Source: a virus. From it: a DNA stretch of 64,000 nucleotides. The stretch lies in IMG/VR virus record IMGVR_UViG_3300025280_000022; one strand, written 5' to 3'. The position numbers and the translations under genes were made by a program. Below the pieces are notes generated by a model that had not been told where the DNA came from, did no database searches, and saw nothing but the letters and a program-made list of their open reading frames with translations. Within the stretch, counting starts at the first letter, position 1. Every line of letters starts with the position of its first letter. Below, one piece after another: positions 13,543 to 22,723 of the stretch.

Positions 13543-14126
13543 TGGAAATTATCTGGGCATCAATAATTAGCGCACTGGCTACGTTAGGAGCCACCTTTCT
13601 CAGCTTGTGGTTACATAATAGGTACGACACCAGAAAAAAAGAAAAAAACATTCTGCATGAACACTCAAAGCGCAATCAAAACGTTTATACCGCCTTGGAG
13701 TATACCATGGAAGAGTTTGGAGCTGATCGCGTTTATGTTTATGAATTTCACAATGGAGACATCTATTATTCGGGCGGTTCTCAACAAAAATTTAGCTGCA
13801 CCTATGAAGAAGTCAAGGAAGGGATAAGTTCGGAGGCCCAAAGGTCCCAAAACTTTCGCGCCTCTAATTTCCACTATTTTATAGATAAGTTAATTAATGA
13901 AAGAGGGTTTTGCGGTGATTCAATGGAAGACATCGAAGACGTAAGCTTTAAGCACTTGCTGCAAGACAGGGGGGTAAAAAGTTTTTATGCAGTTCCAATC
14001 AAGACTCTTAATGGTAAAATAATTGGCTTATTGGGAATAGACTTTGTAAAAGAACAAAAAGAAGAGTGTATAAAGCTATCTCGTCTGAGAGATCAAGCCC
14101 GTATTATTTGTGGGTATTTAATCTAA
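13542..14126 (+). CDS. TM + GAF-domain protein (T4 T-holin-like architecture)
   Basis: N-terminal TM, then GAF motifs ADRVYVYEFHNG and GVKSFYAVPI...G.IIGLLGIDF. Confidence 0.7.
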   Translation: MEIIWASIISALATLGATFLSLWLHNRYDTRKKEKNILHEHSKRNQNVYTALEYTMEEFGADRVYVYEFHNGDIYYSGGSQQKFSCTYEEVKEGISSEAQRSQNFRASNFHYFIDKLINERGFCGDSMEDIEDVSFKHLLQDRGVKSFYAVPIKTLNGKIIGLLGIDFVKEQKEECIKLSRLRDQARIICGYLI

Positions 14127-14162
14127 TATTGAAAAGTATTAAAAAATTTAATAAAATAAGAT

Positions 14163-14513
14163 ATGAAAACTGAATATTGTCCCCATTGCGGGACCAAGCA
14201 TACTTATGCGGCTGCTGCACCTAAATTTTGTTCTAATTGCGGACAACCCATGAATGATACGCGCGCTTCATTATCTTCCGACCCAAGTCCAACGGAAGCT
14301 GAACCAACAGAAAGAATCCCTCTTCTCGATAAACTAGACTATACTATTGATATCTCTACTTCTTCGCATAAATTAGGAGATCTAATTAAAGCAGGCGCTC
14401 CAGATGATAAATTTTCTAGAGCAAGCCCCAAAGATAAGGGGTCCGAGGCTCATCTAAAGGAATCTATTGCAGAATGCCAAAGCATTCGGCGGCCTGAGGA
14501 AATAGGTGAGTAA
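14163..14513 (+). CDS. double zinc-ribbon protein
   Basis: CPHCG...FCSNCG. Upstream TTGAAA-17-TAAAAT. Confidence 0.8.
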   Translation: MKTEYCPHCGTKHTYAAAAPKFCSNCGQPMNDTRASLSSDPSPTEAEPTERIPLLDKLDYTIDISTSSHKLGDLIKAGAPDDKFSRASPKDKGSEAHLKESIAECQSIRRPEEIGE

Positions 14514-15237
14514 AAAATATACTTACCAAGATAAAGCGGATGCCATAGATGTAGAGCTTCGCAAGAGGCGAAGCAAATGGGCGTTGCATTCGTTGGGGTG
14601 GTTGGATTTTGAAGATGTTGAACAAATTATCCGCCTTCATATCTATAAAAAATGGGACCAATGGGATCAAAAGCGTGCTCTTGGTCCATGGGTTAACAAA
14701 GTAATAAGCAATCAGCTTAAAAATATTATGCGAAACAATTATACCAGTTTCGCGAAACCCTGCGTGACCTGTCCCTTTGCCCAGCAACTTTCAGAGGCCG
14801 CAAAAGAGGCCAAGGTGAATAGTTTTGACAACGACCTTTGCGGTTTTACCAAAAGCGGCCTTCAGTGCGCAGAGTGTCCCTTGTACGCTAATTGGGAAAA
14901 AAGAAAGCAAGATGCATACAGGATTAAAGTGCCCTTAGCTATAGAGCATCATGCGCACGAGGTTTTTTCTACACCTGATAAAGGTTCGTTTGATATAGAA
15001 CGAGCACAAGAGAAACTGCACGCGGAAATGAGAAAAGTTTTAAGCGACAGGCAATATAAGACCTATGAGATGCTTTTTATTGAAAATATGAGCGAAGAAG
15101 AAGTGGCGTTGGCCATAGGCTATAAAACCACCGAAAAGGGGCGTAAGGCAGGTTACAAACAAATCAAAAACTTAAAAAAGCAATTTAAAGAAAAAGCGCT
15201 CAGATTAATAGAAACCTCGGACATTATTTTATACTAA
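14506..15237 (+). CDS. phage sigma70-family sigma factor with Cys-rich insert
   Basis: Region 2-like DFEDVEQ...WD...LGPWVNKVISNQLKN. Region 4-like LSDRQ...MSEEEVALAIGY. Confidence 0.75.
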   Translation: MSKKYTYQDKADAIDVELRKRRSKWALHSLGWLDFEDVEQIIRLHIYKKWDQWDQKRALGPWVNKVISNQLKNIMRNNYTSFAKPCVTCPFAQQLSEAAKEAKVNSFDNDLCGFTKSGLQCAECPLYANWEKRKQDAYRIKVPLAIEHHAHEVFSTPDKGSFDIERAQEKLHAEMRKVLSDRQYKTYEMLFIENMSEEEVALAIGYKTTEKGRKAGYKQIKNLKKQFKEKALRLIETSDIILY

Positions 15238-16283
15238 TGGAATTAAACGACGAACAAAAACAATGGTTGCGAGAAAATTATAATACTACGCCAAGTTTAA
15301 TAGAATTAACCCGTCAGTTGTTCATGGACGACTCCTTAGACGGCAGAACCAAGGAGGGTCGCCTCGTGAGAGAGTTTCTTGCCCAAGCGGGAATGAAATA
15401 TAATACCACTCAGCGAGATATCCATGTGGTAGAGCTTACGGAGGAGCAAAAGGGATTTGTGGTGCAATATGCAGAAGATGGAATGACCGCCTTCCAGATT
15501 GCAGGTTTACTTTTTCCAGAAGTTAACATGACACCATTAAGCAAAGAAATGATTGTAGTCAACAATTATTTAAAAGAAAATGCTCCGTCTTTTGTGAAAG
15601 CTGAAGAAAGTTCTGTGGGAGACTGTTATTCTCCACCCACTACCCCTTTATCTGCCATCAGGAAAATTAATAGATATACCTCAGAGGACTTAAAAGTCGA
15701 CAGGCTGAGCTTGCAGCAGAAAAACTGTACAGATGCTTTAATTTCTTTTTTACAGGCACCTCGTTTTTCAAGCGTTATCAATAATTATACTGCTCATGCT
15801 GACCGAGAATTGTTTGAGGCTGAATTTATTCGTGCAACGTGGGACAAACCAGACTTAAGTGCAGATGAGATAAATTTATACATTAATGTTTGTGTGGACT
15901 ATATCAATCTAAAAAATATATCAGCTCATGTAGAAAAACTTAATAGAATGTTTAATGAAGCTGAGGAACAACAAGATATGAGCATAAGGTTGGCGGAACT
16001 ACTTAAAACAAAAAGTGAAGAATACAACCAGTGCGAAAAAAGAATGGAATCACTTATAATGAGATTAAGTGGAGATAGAGCAAAGAGGGTGGCGAATAAA
16101 CAACAAGAAAACGCAAGTTTAATTAATTTAGTCCAATTATTCCAAAATGAGGAAGAGCGCAAAATAATGATAAAAATTGCGGAACTCCAAAAGCGAGCCG
16201 TAAAGGAAGAGGTTGACCGCATGGAAAAGATGCCTGAGTGGAAATCGCGAGTACTCGGCCTTTCAAAAGGAGAGTTGTTATAG
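15237..16283 (+). CDS. hypothetical protein (HTH-like repeats + coiled coil; terminase small subunit candidate)
   Basis: Two ELxxEQK repeats, a C-terminal coiled coil, and position upstream of TerL. Confidence 0.45.
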   Translation: MELNDEQKQWLRENYNTTPSLIELTRQLFMDDSLDGRTKEGRLVREFLAQAGMKYNTTQRDIHVVELTEEQKGFVVQYAEDGMTAFQIAGLLFPEVNMTPLSKEMIVVNNYLKENAPSFVKAEESSVGDCYSPPTTPLSAIRKINRYTSEDLKVDRLSLQQKNCTDALISFLQAPRFSSVINNYTAHADRELFEAEFIRATWDKPDLSADEINLYINVCVDYINLKNISAHVEKLNRMFNEAEEQQDMSIRLAELLKTKSEEYNQCEKRMESLIMRLSGDRAKRVANKQQENASLINLVQLFQNEEERKIMIKIAELQKRAVKEEVDRMEKMPEWKSRVLGLSKGELL

Positions 16284-16323
16284 GCAGTGCTTTAAAAATA
16301 GAAGAACACGAATTATAATTAAT

Positions 16324-16533
16324 ATGCGACATTATAGAGACGACGCCGACATTGATCGAGTTCTCGATCTTGTGAAGACTATGTGGTCAAGGCACAATTT
16401 TTTAAATCTTGCTGAAGTTTTTTATTATGTGTGCCACGCAAAGGAGGTTGACGTTAAGCACTTGAGTGACATACAGCTTACTAATTATATTGAAAATTAC
16501 TTAGAGACCGACAATTCCCTAGACGACCATTAA
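16324..16533 (+). CDS. small hypothetical protein (IDRVLDLVKTMW motif)
   Basis: Start MRHYRDD after TATAAT. Confidence 0.6.
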   Translation: MRHYRDDADIDRVLDLVKTMWSRHNFLNLAEVFYYVCHAKEVDVKHLSDIQLTNYIENYLETDNSLDDH

Positions 16534-16535
16534 AA

Positions 16536-16871
16536 ATGTACGAATATAAGATTAAGGAAGTAATTAAAATAGTAGACGGCGACACCGTGGATGTGCTTAT
16601 TGATTTAGGCTTCCATACCTCTGTAAAAAAGCGCATACGGCTTTATGGTATTAATACTCCTGAAACGCGCACCCGCGATAAGGAAGAAAAGAAAAGGGGG
16701 TTTGCGGCGAAAGATCGTCTTATTGAAATGTGTGAGGGGGCACCCCTAATTCTAAAAAGTCACGGGCTCGGTAAATACGGTAGGGTATTGGGAGAAATAA
16801 TTGCAGATGATTTAAATTTAAATCGCATGCTTGTGGCAGAAGGTCACGCGGTAGAATATTATGGAAAGTAA
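16536..16871 (+). CDS. thermonuclease (SNase) family protein
   Basis: VDGDT, IRLYGINTPE, KYGRVL, N..LV.EG.A. Confidence 0.92.
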   Translation: MYEYKIKEVIKIVDGDTVDVLIDLGFHTSVKKRIRLYGINTPETRTRDKEEKKRGFAAKDRLIEMCEGAPLILKSHGLGKYGRVLGEIIADDLNLNRMLVAEGHAVEYYGK

Positions 16872-17799
16872 TGCGTATAATTGTAAAATATGCGAAAAAC
16901 CCTTTGTCAAAGAGCGTAGCCTTCATGGGCACTTAAAGGCGCACAAAGTCACACAGGCAGAGTATTACTGCAGATATTACCCTCGTTATAATAAGCTGAC
17001 TGGAGACCCATTACCTTTTAAGAATAAATTTGACTATTTTCATAAAGACTTCTCTACCTATCAGCAATTGCTCAAATGGTGCAAACAGGCGCCAGAGGAA
17101 GAGGTGGCTCCCTATATTCTAAAACAACTTCAACACAGAATAAAGGAAAAATCCCTTTCCTTCGCTCCGTGTCACCTTGAATTAAAGCAAAAAAAGTTAC
17201 CCCCCATTGATATCTATAAAAAACTATTTGGTAGCTATAGTGCGGCTTGCGAAGAGGTAGGAGTAAAACCGCTCTATGGTAAAGCAGTCAAAAAACAATT
17301 TTTTGTGGAAGACGAAAAATTCGACGCCTTGAATATTTTAATTGACACGCGAGAGCAAAAACCCTTAAGTTTTCCGCGATCCGAATCCCTGAAACTAGAC
17401 TTTGGAGATTATACGGTGGGCGGCGACGATTACAATTATACCTACGTTGACCGTAAAAGCGAAACGGATTTTAAATCTACCTTTGGAATGGGCTTTAAAA
17501 GATTTTGCGCTGAAATGGAGAGGGTCAAACAGTTTGAAAGTTATCTTTATATCGTGACTGAAAGTGATTTAGCTGCTATTGGAAGAAATAACAACTTTAG
17601 CCCTCACCGCTCTAATCTTGAATTTATTTATCATAATATGAGAAAACTACTTAGGCAATATGCTGGGCATTGTCAATTTATATTTACAGGAAGCAGGGCC
17701 ACGTCAGAGAAGGTTATTCCTAAATTACTTTATTTTGGAAAGGACTTGTGGGAATCTGATGTGCAATATTACTTGGACAAAAATGCAACTACTTCTTAA
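16861..17799 (+). CDS. C2H2 zinc finger + ERCC4-type nuclease
   Basis: CKIC...HLKAH at the N-terminus. IDTREQKP...GDY...VDRKS..DF ERCC4 motifs. Confidence 0.8.
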   Translation: MESNAYNCKICEKPFVKERSLHGHLKAHKVTQAEYYCRYYPRYNKLTGDPLPFKNKFDYFHKDFSTYQQLLKWCKQAPEEEVAPYILKQLQHRIKEKSLSFAPCHLELKQKKLPPIDIYKKLFGSYSAACEEVGVKPLYGKAVKKQFFVEDEKFDALNILIDTREQKPLSFPRSESLKLDFGDYTVGGDDYNYTYVDRKSETDFKSTFGMGFKRFCAEMERVKQFESYLYIVTESDLAAIGRNNNFSPHRSNLEFIYHNMRKLLRQYAGHCQFIFTGSRATSEKVIPKLLYFGKDLWESDVQYYLDKNATTS

Positions 17800-18013
17800 A
17801 AGAAAAAAATTTGGAGGGGTTTTTACATGTCTTCCTGGATTTGTTAATATTAATTTAGACGGAAGAGTAATTGTGGACGAGGGCGATAAAGAGCGCGTGC
17901 AAGACATGGGGTTTTATGATGTTTGGATAGTTCCTGATCAAAAATGGATGGACTTAACATATGCATATAATGAAGGGTTTTTGGACTCTGATCAACTAAG
18001 GAAGTGGCCATGA
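17783..18013 (+). CDS. 76-aa hypothetical protein
   Basis: Start MQLLLKRKK. ATGA overlap with terminase. Confidence 0.55.
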   Translation: MQLLLKRKKFGGVFTCLPGFVNINLDGRVIVDEGDKERVQDMGFYDVWIVPDQKWMDLTYAYNEGFLDSDQLRKWP

Positions 18014-19893
18014 GTTGGAATCAAGGAAAGGAACGGCCTCGGCAGACAGAATGGGACAATATTAATGATCTTATATTATCCAAGAAGGGATTCCTGGAAG
18101 AGGAAGAGGCTAAGATTTTGCTCTATCAATTTCTTAAGCAAAATACTACATTCGCAGTAGATTTAATGGCAGGAGTAAAGCTTTTTCCTTTTCAGCATAT
18201 GGCCATTAAGGCTATGATGGAATGTGATTATTTTTTGGGTATTTGGTCTCGGGGAATGTCTAAAACTTTCTCTGCGGCTATTTTTGCTTTTTTAGACGCT
18301 ATTATGAATCAGGGGGTAGAGATTGGAATATTGTCCAAGTCCTTTCGGCAGGCCAAGATGATTTTTAGAAAAATTGAAGATATAGTGGCTAAGCCTGAGG
18401 CTGCCTTTTTAGCTCAATGTATTACCAAAAAATCAAAGCAAAATGACCAATGGACGATTGAACTTGGTCGAAGTCGAATTCATGCACTGCCCCTGGGGGA
18501 CGGCGAGAAGCTGCGCGGTTTTAGATTTCAACGGATCATCATTGACGAAATGCTTTTGATGCCCGAAAGAATTTATAATGAAGTTATTGTTCCCTTTTTG
18601 TCGGTTGTGGAAAATCCTACTGACCGAGAAGATCTTTATAATGCCGAAAGCGTACTGATCGAAAAGGGGGAAATGAAGGAAGAAGATCGTTATGAATGGC
18701 CAAATAATAAATTAATCATGCTTTCATCGGCTTCTTACAAATTTGAATATTTATATAAATTGTATGAGACGTTTGAAAACCTTATTACGGGAACACTACC
18801 CGAAGACAAACTGTCCCGAGCCAAAAGAGCTGTAATGCAATTTTCCTATGATTGTGCCCCAGGGCAGTTATATGATAAAAATTTGGTCAATCAGGCTAAG
18901 GCCTCCATGAGCCAAAGCCAATTCGAGCGTGAATTTGGAGCTGTATTTACCGATGACAGTTCAGGATACTTTAAAATTTCCAGGATGGCTAAATGCAGTA
19001 TTGTGGATGGCGCAGGCCCTTCGATTGAGCTTGCAGGAAACCCTGCGGACAAATACCTCTTGTCCTTTGACCCCTCTTGGGCGGAAAGTGAAAGTAGTGA
19101 TGATTTTGCAATACAAGTTTTTAAATTAAATGATGAATCACAAACTGGTACTTTAGTTCATAGTTATGCTTTATCTGGCTCTAGACTAAAAGATCATATA
19201 TTTTATTTTTATTATTTATTGAGTCATTTTAATATAGTTGCTATTTGCGGTGACTATAATGGAGGAGTGCAATTTCTAAACGCAGCCAACGAAAGCGAAT
19301 TATTCAAGAAAAACAAATTAAACATCAAGTGTTTAACCGCCAATCTTGATAATGTGGAAAAATATCAAGAAGGACTGAAGGATGCCAAGCTGGAATATGA
19401 TTTGGGAAACAAGACGATTTGTCATCTTCAGAAACCTACGAGTTCATGGATACGGCGCGCGAATGAACATTTGCAGGCCTGCTTTGATCATAAAAAAATA
19501 TGGTTTGGCGCTCGGGCGACCAACGACAATTATCACTCCCAAAAAAATAAAAAAATCCCTATTGGCAAAATTAAATTCCTACGTAATAGTGATGTTCTTT
19601 TTGAAAAGCAAAATAATGCCGCCAAAATGATTGACTTTGTAGAGCACCAATACGATATGATTAACTTGACTAAGTCGGAGTGCGCCCTTATTCAGATCAC
19701 CACTTCGCCTCACGGAACCCAAACTTTTGACTTGCCGCAAAACCTTAAAAGACAGACGGGTCCCGATAAGGCACGAAAGGACTCGTATTCCGCATTGGTA
19801 TTGGGGACGTGGATGATTAAATTATATTATGATATGAAAAACGCAAAAGATGTAGAGCTCTATCAAGACTTTACTCCTACTTTTATAGCATAA
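18010..19893 (+). CDS. terminase large subunit
   Basis: LFPFQ, SRGMSKT Walker A, LRGFR..IIIDE Walker B, FEREF, RNaseH-like LSFDPS...DDF, KDSYSA. Confidence 0.88.
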   Translation: MSWNQGKERPRQTEWDNINDLILSKKGFLEEEEAKILLYQFLKQNTTFAVDLMAGVKLFPFQHMAIKAMMECDYFLGIWSRGMSKTFSAAIFAFLDAIMNQGVEIGILSKSFRQAKMIFRKIEDIVAKPEAAFLAQCITKKSKQNDQWTIELGRSRIHALPLGDGEKLRGFRFQRIIIDEMLLMPERIYNEVIVPFLSVVENPTDREDLYNAESVLIEKGEMKEEDRYEWPNNKLIMLSSASYKFEYLYKLYETFENLITGTLPEDKLSRAKRAVMQFSYDCAPGQLYDKNLVNQAKASMSQSQFEREFGAVFTDDSSGYFKISRMAKCSIVDGAGPSIELAGNPADKYLLSFDPSWAESESSDDFAIQVFKLNDESQTGTLVHSYALSGSRLKDHIFYFYYLLSHFNIVAICGDYNGGVQFLNAANESELFKKNKLNIKCLTANLDNVEKYQEGLKDAKLEYDLGNKTICHLQKPTSSWIRRANEHLQACFDHKKIWFGARATNDNYHSQKNKKIPIGKIKFLRNSDVLFEKQNNAAKMIDFVEHQYDMINLTKSECALIQITTSPHGTQTFDLPQNLKRQTGPDKARKDSYSALVLGTWMIKLYYDMKNAKDVELYQDFTPTFIA

Positions 19894-20558
19894 TGGCTCT
19901 TTTCGCAAAAGACTCAAAGGGCTATCATAAACAAAGTTGGCATAACCATTATGCGGGCCAATCTATAATTCTCTGCGGGACGGGCCCCTCTCTGCATGAC
20001 ATGGATGCGGATAAATTAAAGGGGTCTCAATTACCTCTATTTGGCTTAAATAACGCTTTTGAGGTGGTAGATTTAGATTTTTGGATGGCATTTGATGAGC
20101 CAGGGCAATTTGATAAAAAGCTTTGGAGTCGGGACTGTATAAAGTTTTACCCGTGGGATTATAGAAATAAATATATAGTACGCAAGGCCTCTAATGTCTT
20201 TTTTTATAAGGCTTACGGCCTCTCAAGGGAAAATCACGAAGGGGGTGAGGAATTTCGTGAAGACTTGGAGCTGGGGGGCCCTTATATAAACTTTATTTTT
20301 GAAGGCTATACCTTTTCGATGGCTTTGCATATGATTTATTGGCTTGGTTTTAGTAAAGTATTTCTGGCGGGATGCGATTTTGGGGGGGAAAGTCAACTTT
20401 CTGAACTTTCTAGTAACTACAATGAAGCTGATCAGCAATGTGTTTTACAGAAAGGCCTCGAGTGCCTGGAGGAAATAAAGAGCCGTGGGGCCTTAGAGCT
20501 TGTTTCCTGCACTGCTGATTCTCCCATTAACGAGTTTTTGTCATACCAGCCGCTTTAG
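19893..20558 (+). CDS. Maf/DUF115-like (GT29-related) putative glycosyltransferase
   Basis: CGTGPSL, GLNN, ALHMIYWLGFSKVFLAGCDF. Confidence 0.7.
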   Translation: MALFAKDSKGYHKQSWHNHYAGQSIILCGTGPSLHDMDADKLKGSQLPLFGLNNAFEVVDLDFWMAFDEPGQFDKKLWSRDCIKFYPWDYRNKYIVRKASNVFFYKAYGLSRENHEGGEEFREDLELGGPYINFIFEGYTFSMALHMIYWLGFSKVFLAGCDFGGESQLSELSSNYNEADQQCVLQKGLECLEEIKSRGALELVSCTADSPINEFLSYQPL

Positions 20559-20630
20559 AATGTCTCGCTTTTGAAAGTTTAAAGTTAACTTTTGTAGAGT
20601 TTCGGAAGTTTGGGTGTATTATCTAAACAA

Positions 20631-22676
20631 ATGGCTAAAAGAAAATATCGCAAAAGATCCGATTACTGGAATAAATTTAAGAAAAAGACCGAACAACCTC
20701 TGGACGAACTTTTAAAGCAGGGCGCCGATTGGTTGCCTGACTTGGTGGGGGATGCTTTTTACTCTCATAGCAGTAGAGCTTCCTATTCTAGAACGGGGAG
20801 CACTACTAATCCTGTGGCAAACACCACGTCGCGCATAAACAGGGTGGGGGTTTACCCCAAATTCAACTCTTTCGCTAATATTCGAGATGGGATGCTTCCC
20901 TATGACTATACTACAGAAGGAGTCAATGTTCAGGAGGCCGTGCTGCTCTGCCAAAAGGCTTATGCAAATATTGCTATTTTTCGCAATGCCATTGATATTA
21001 TGTCCGAATTTGCTAATTCGGATCTCTATCTAGAAGGGGGGACCAAAAAATCACGAGATTTTATTTCCAAATGGTTCCAGAAAATTTCTATCTGGAAGAT
21101 CACTGATCAATTTTTTAGGGAATATTATAAATCAGGCAATGTTTTTATTTATAGAATAGATGGAGATTTTAGCAATGAGGACTTTAATAAGCTGAGCTTG
21201 GTTTACGGCAGCGGTTTAAAGCCAGGGAAAATTCCTTTGATGTATACCTTTTTAAATCCTTTTGATATTGTCACCTATAGAACCACAGCTTTTCGAGATC
21301 AAGCATATCGAAAAGTTTTATCCGAATATGAATTGGAACGATTAAGGAATCCTAAAAATGAAGAAGACGAGCAGATTTTCAAAGCGTTGCCTGATGAAAC
21401 ACAAAAGGCAATCCTAAAGGGAGGGTGGGCCGAGCGTGGAATTTCAATGCCTTTAGAGGTTGCCAATCTTAGCTATTCTTTTTATAAAAAACAAGACTAC
21501 GAGCCTTTTGCTGTTCCTTTTGGCTTTCCTGTTTTGGCGGACATTAATTGGAAGATGGAGTTAAAGAAAATAGATCAAGCCATCGCCAATACCATTGAAA
21601 ACGTAATTCTTTTAATAACTATGGGTAACACCCCCGATAAGGGAGGTATTAATCCCCGCAATATGGAGGCCATGCAGAAACTTTTTAGAAATGAAAGTAT
21701 TGGGAGAGTATTGGTTAGCGATTATACCACTAAAGCAGAGTTTGTTATTCCTGATCTCAATAAAGTGCTGGGTCCTGATAAATATAAAGTGGTTAATGAC
21801 GATATTAAAGAAGGGTTGCAAAATGTTATCGTGGGACAAGAACGATACGCGAGCACCATGGTTAAGGCGGAAATATTTTTGGAAAGACTCAAGGAGGCTC
21901 GTAGCGCATTTTTAAATGACTTTTTACAGGGTCAAATTAAAATGGTTTGTCAGGGATTAGGCTTTCGCAAATACCCCATAGTTAAATTTGCAGAAATAGA
22001 TCTAAAAGATGAGCTACAGTTCCATCGGGTCACAACTCGCTTAATTGAGCTAGGCATCCTGACTGCGGAAGAAGGCATGCGAGCAATTAAAACGGGGATT
22101 TACCCTGAGACTACTAACATGGTGGACTCGCAGGAAAGATTTTTGGAAGAGCGAAAGAAGGGTTATTATAATCCCTTGGTAGGCGGTGTTCCTGTGATTG
22201 ACCCCATCTCGTTACTAGAGGATCCCCCAGGGGAAATAGAAGAAGATGGGGACGATATTCGCGATGCAGACGAAATGAAAAATGTGGAGGAAATAAAACC
22301 TGGGGGCCCTCCCAAGCAGCCTGGTCGACCCCCCACCTCTTCTAATCCTGAAAAAAAATATAGCAGGGCTAACCTTGGCAAGTCGGTGGGCGCCATGGAG
22401 GAATTGCGCAAAGCTGCAGCTACGGCCCTTCGAAAACACGAAAAAAAGAAACGGTTAAGCAAGGAAGAAAACGCTCTTGTTGATCAACTATGTGAAGCGG
22501 TGATTTGCGGTTGTGAAAGTGATCAGTGGAAGGAAAGCGTGGAAGCATGCATCAAGGATTTCGAGAAGATAGGAGGACTGGTTCCGTTGCCTGGGATTTT
22601 AGAAATCGCAGCGGAGCATAATCTAGATACTTATGCGGCAGCGTTTTTGTATCATGGCGATAAAATTTCACAATAA
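20631..22676 (+). CDS. portal protein
   Basis: Follows TerL. RNAIDIMSEF, EYYKSGNVFIY, YEPFAVPFG and GRP motifs, and portal-like size. Confidence 0.8.
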   Translation: MAKRKYRKRSDYWNKFKKKTEQPLDELLKQGADWLPDLVGDAFYSHSSRASYSRTGSTTNPVANTTSRINRVGVYPKFNSFANIRDGMLPYDYTTEGVNVQEAVLLCQKAYANIAIFRNAIDIMSEFANSDLYLEGGTKKSRDFISKWFQKISIWKITDQFFREYYKSGNVFIYRIDGDFSNEDFNKLSLVYGSGLKPGKIPLMYTFLNPFDIVTYRTTAFRDQAYRKVLSEYELERLRNPKNEEDEQIFKALPDETQKAILKGGWAERGISMPLEVANLSYSFYKKQDYEPFAVPFGFPVLADINWKMELKKIDQAIANTIENVILLITMGNTPDKGGINPRNMEAMQKLFRNESIGRVLVSDYTTKAEFVIPDLNKVLGPDKYKVVNDDIKEGLQNVIVGQERYASTMVKAEIFLERLKEARSAFLNDFLQGQIKMVCQGLGFRKYPIVKFAEIDLKDELQFHRVTTRLIELGILTAEEGMRAIKTGIYPETTNMVDSQERFLEERKKGYYNPLVGGVPVIDPISLLEDPPGEIEEDGDDIRDADEMKNVEEIKPGGPPKQPGRPPTSSNPEKKYSRANLGKSVGAMEELRKAAATALRKHEKKKRLSKEENALVDQLCEAVICGCESDQWKESVEACIKDFEKIGGLVPLPGILEIAAEHNLDTYAAAFLYHGDKISQ

Positions 22677-22723
22677 GCCAAGATCTTGTGTATTTGAAGG
22701 TATAGGACAGTACTTTTAATACA

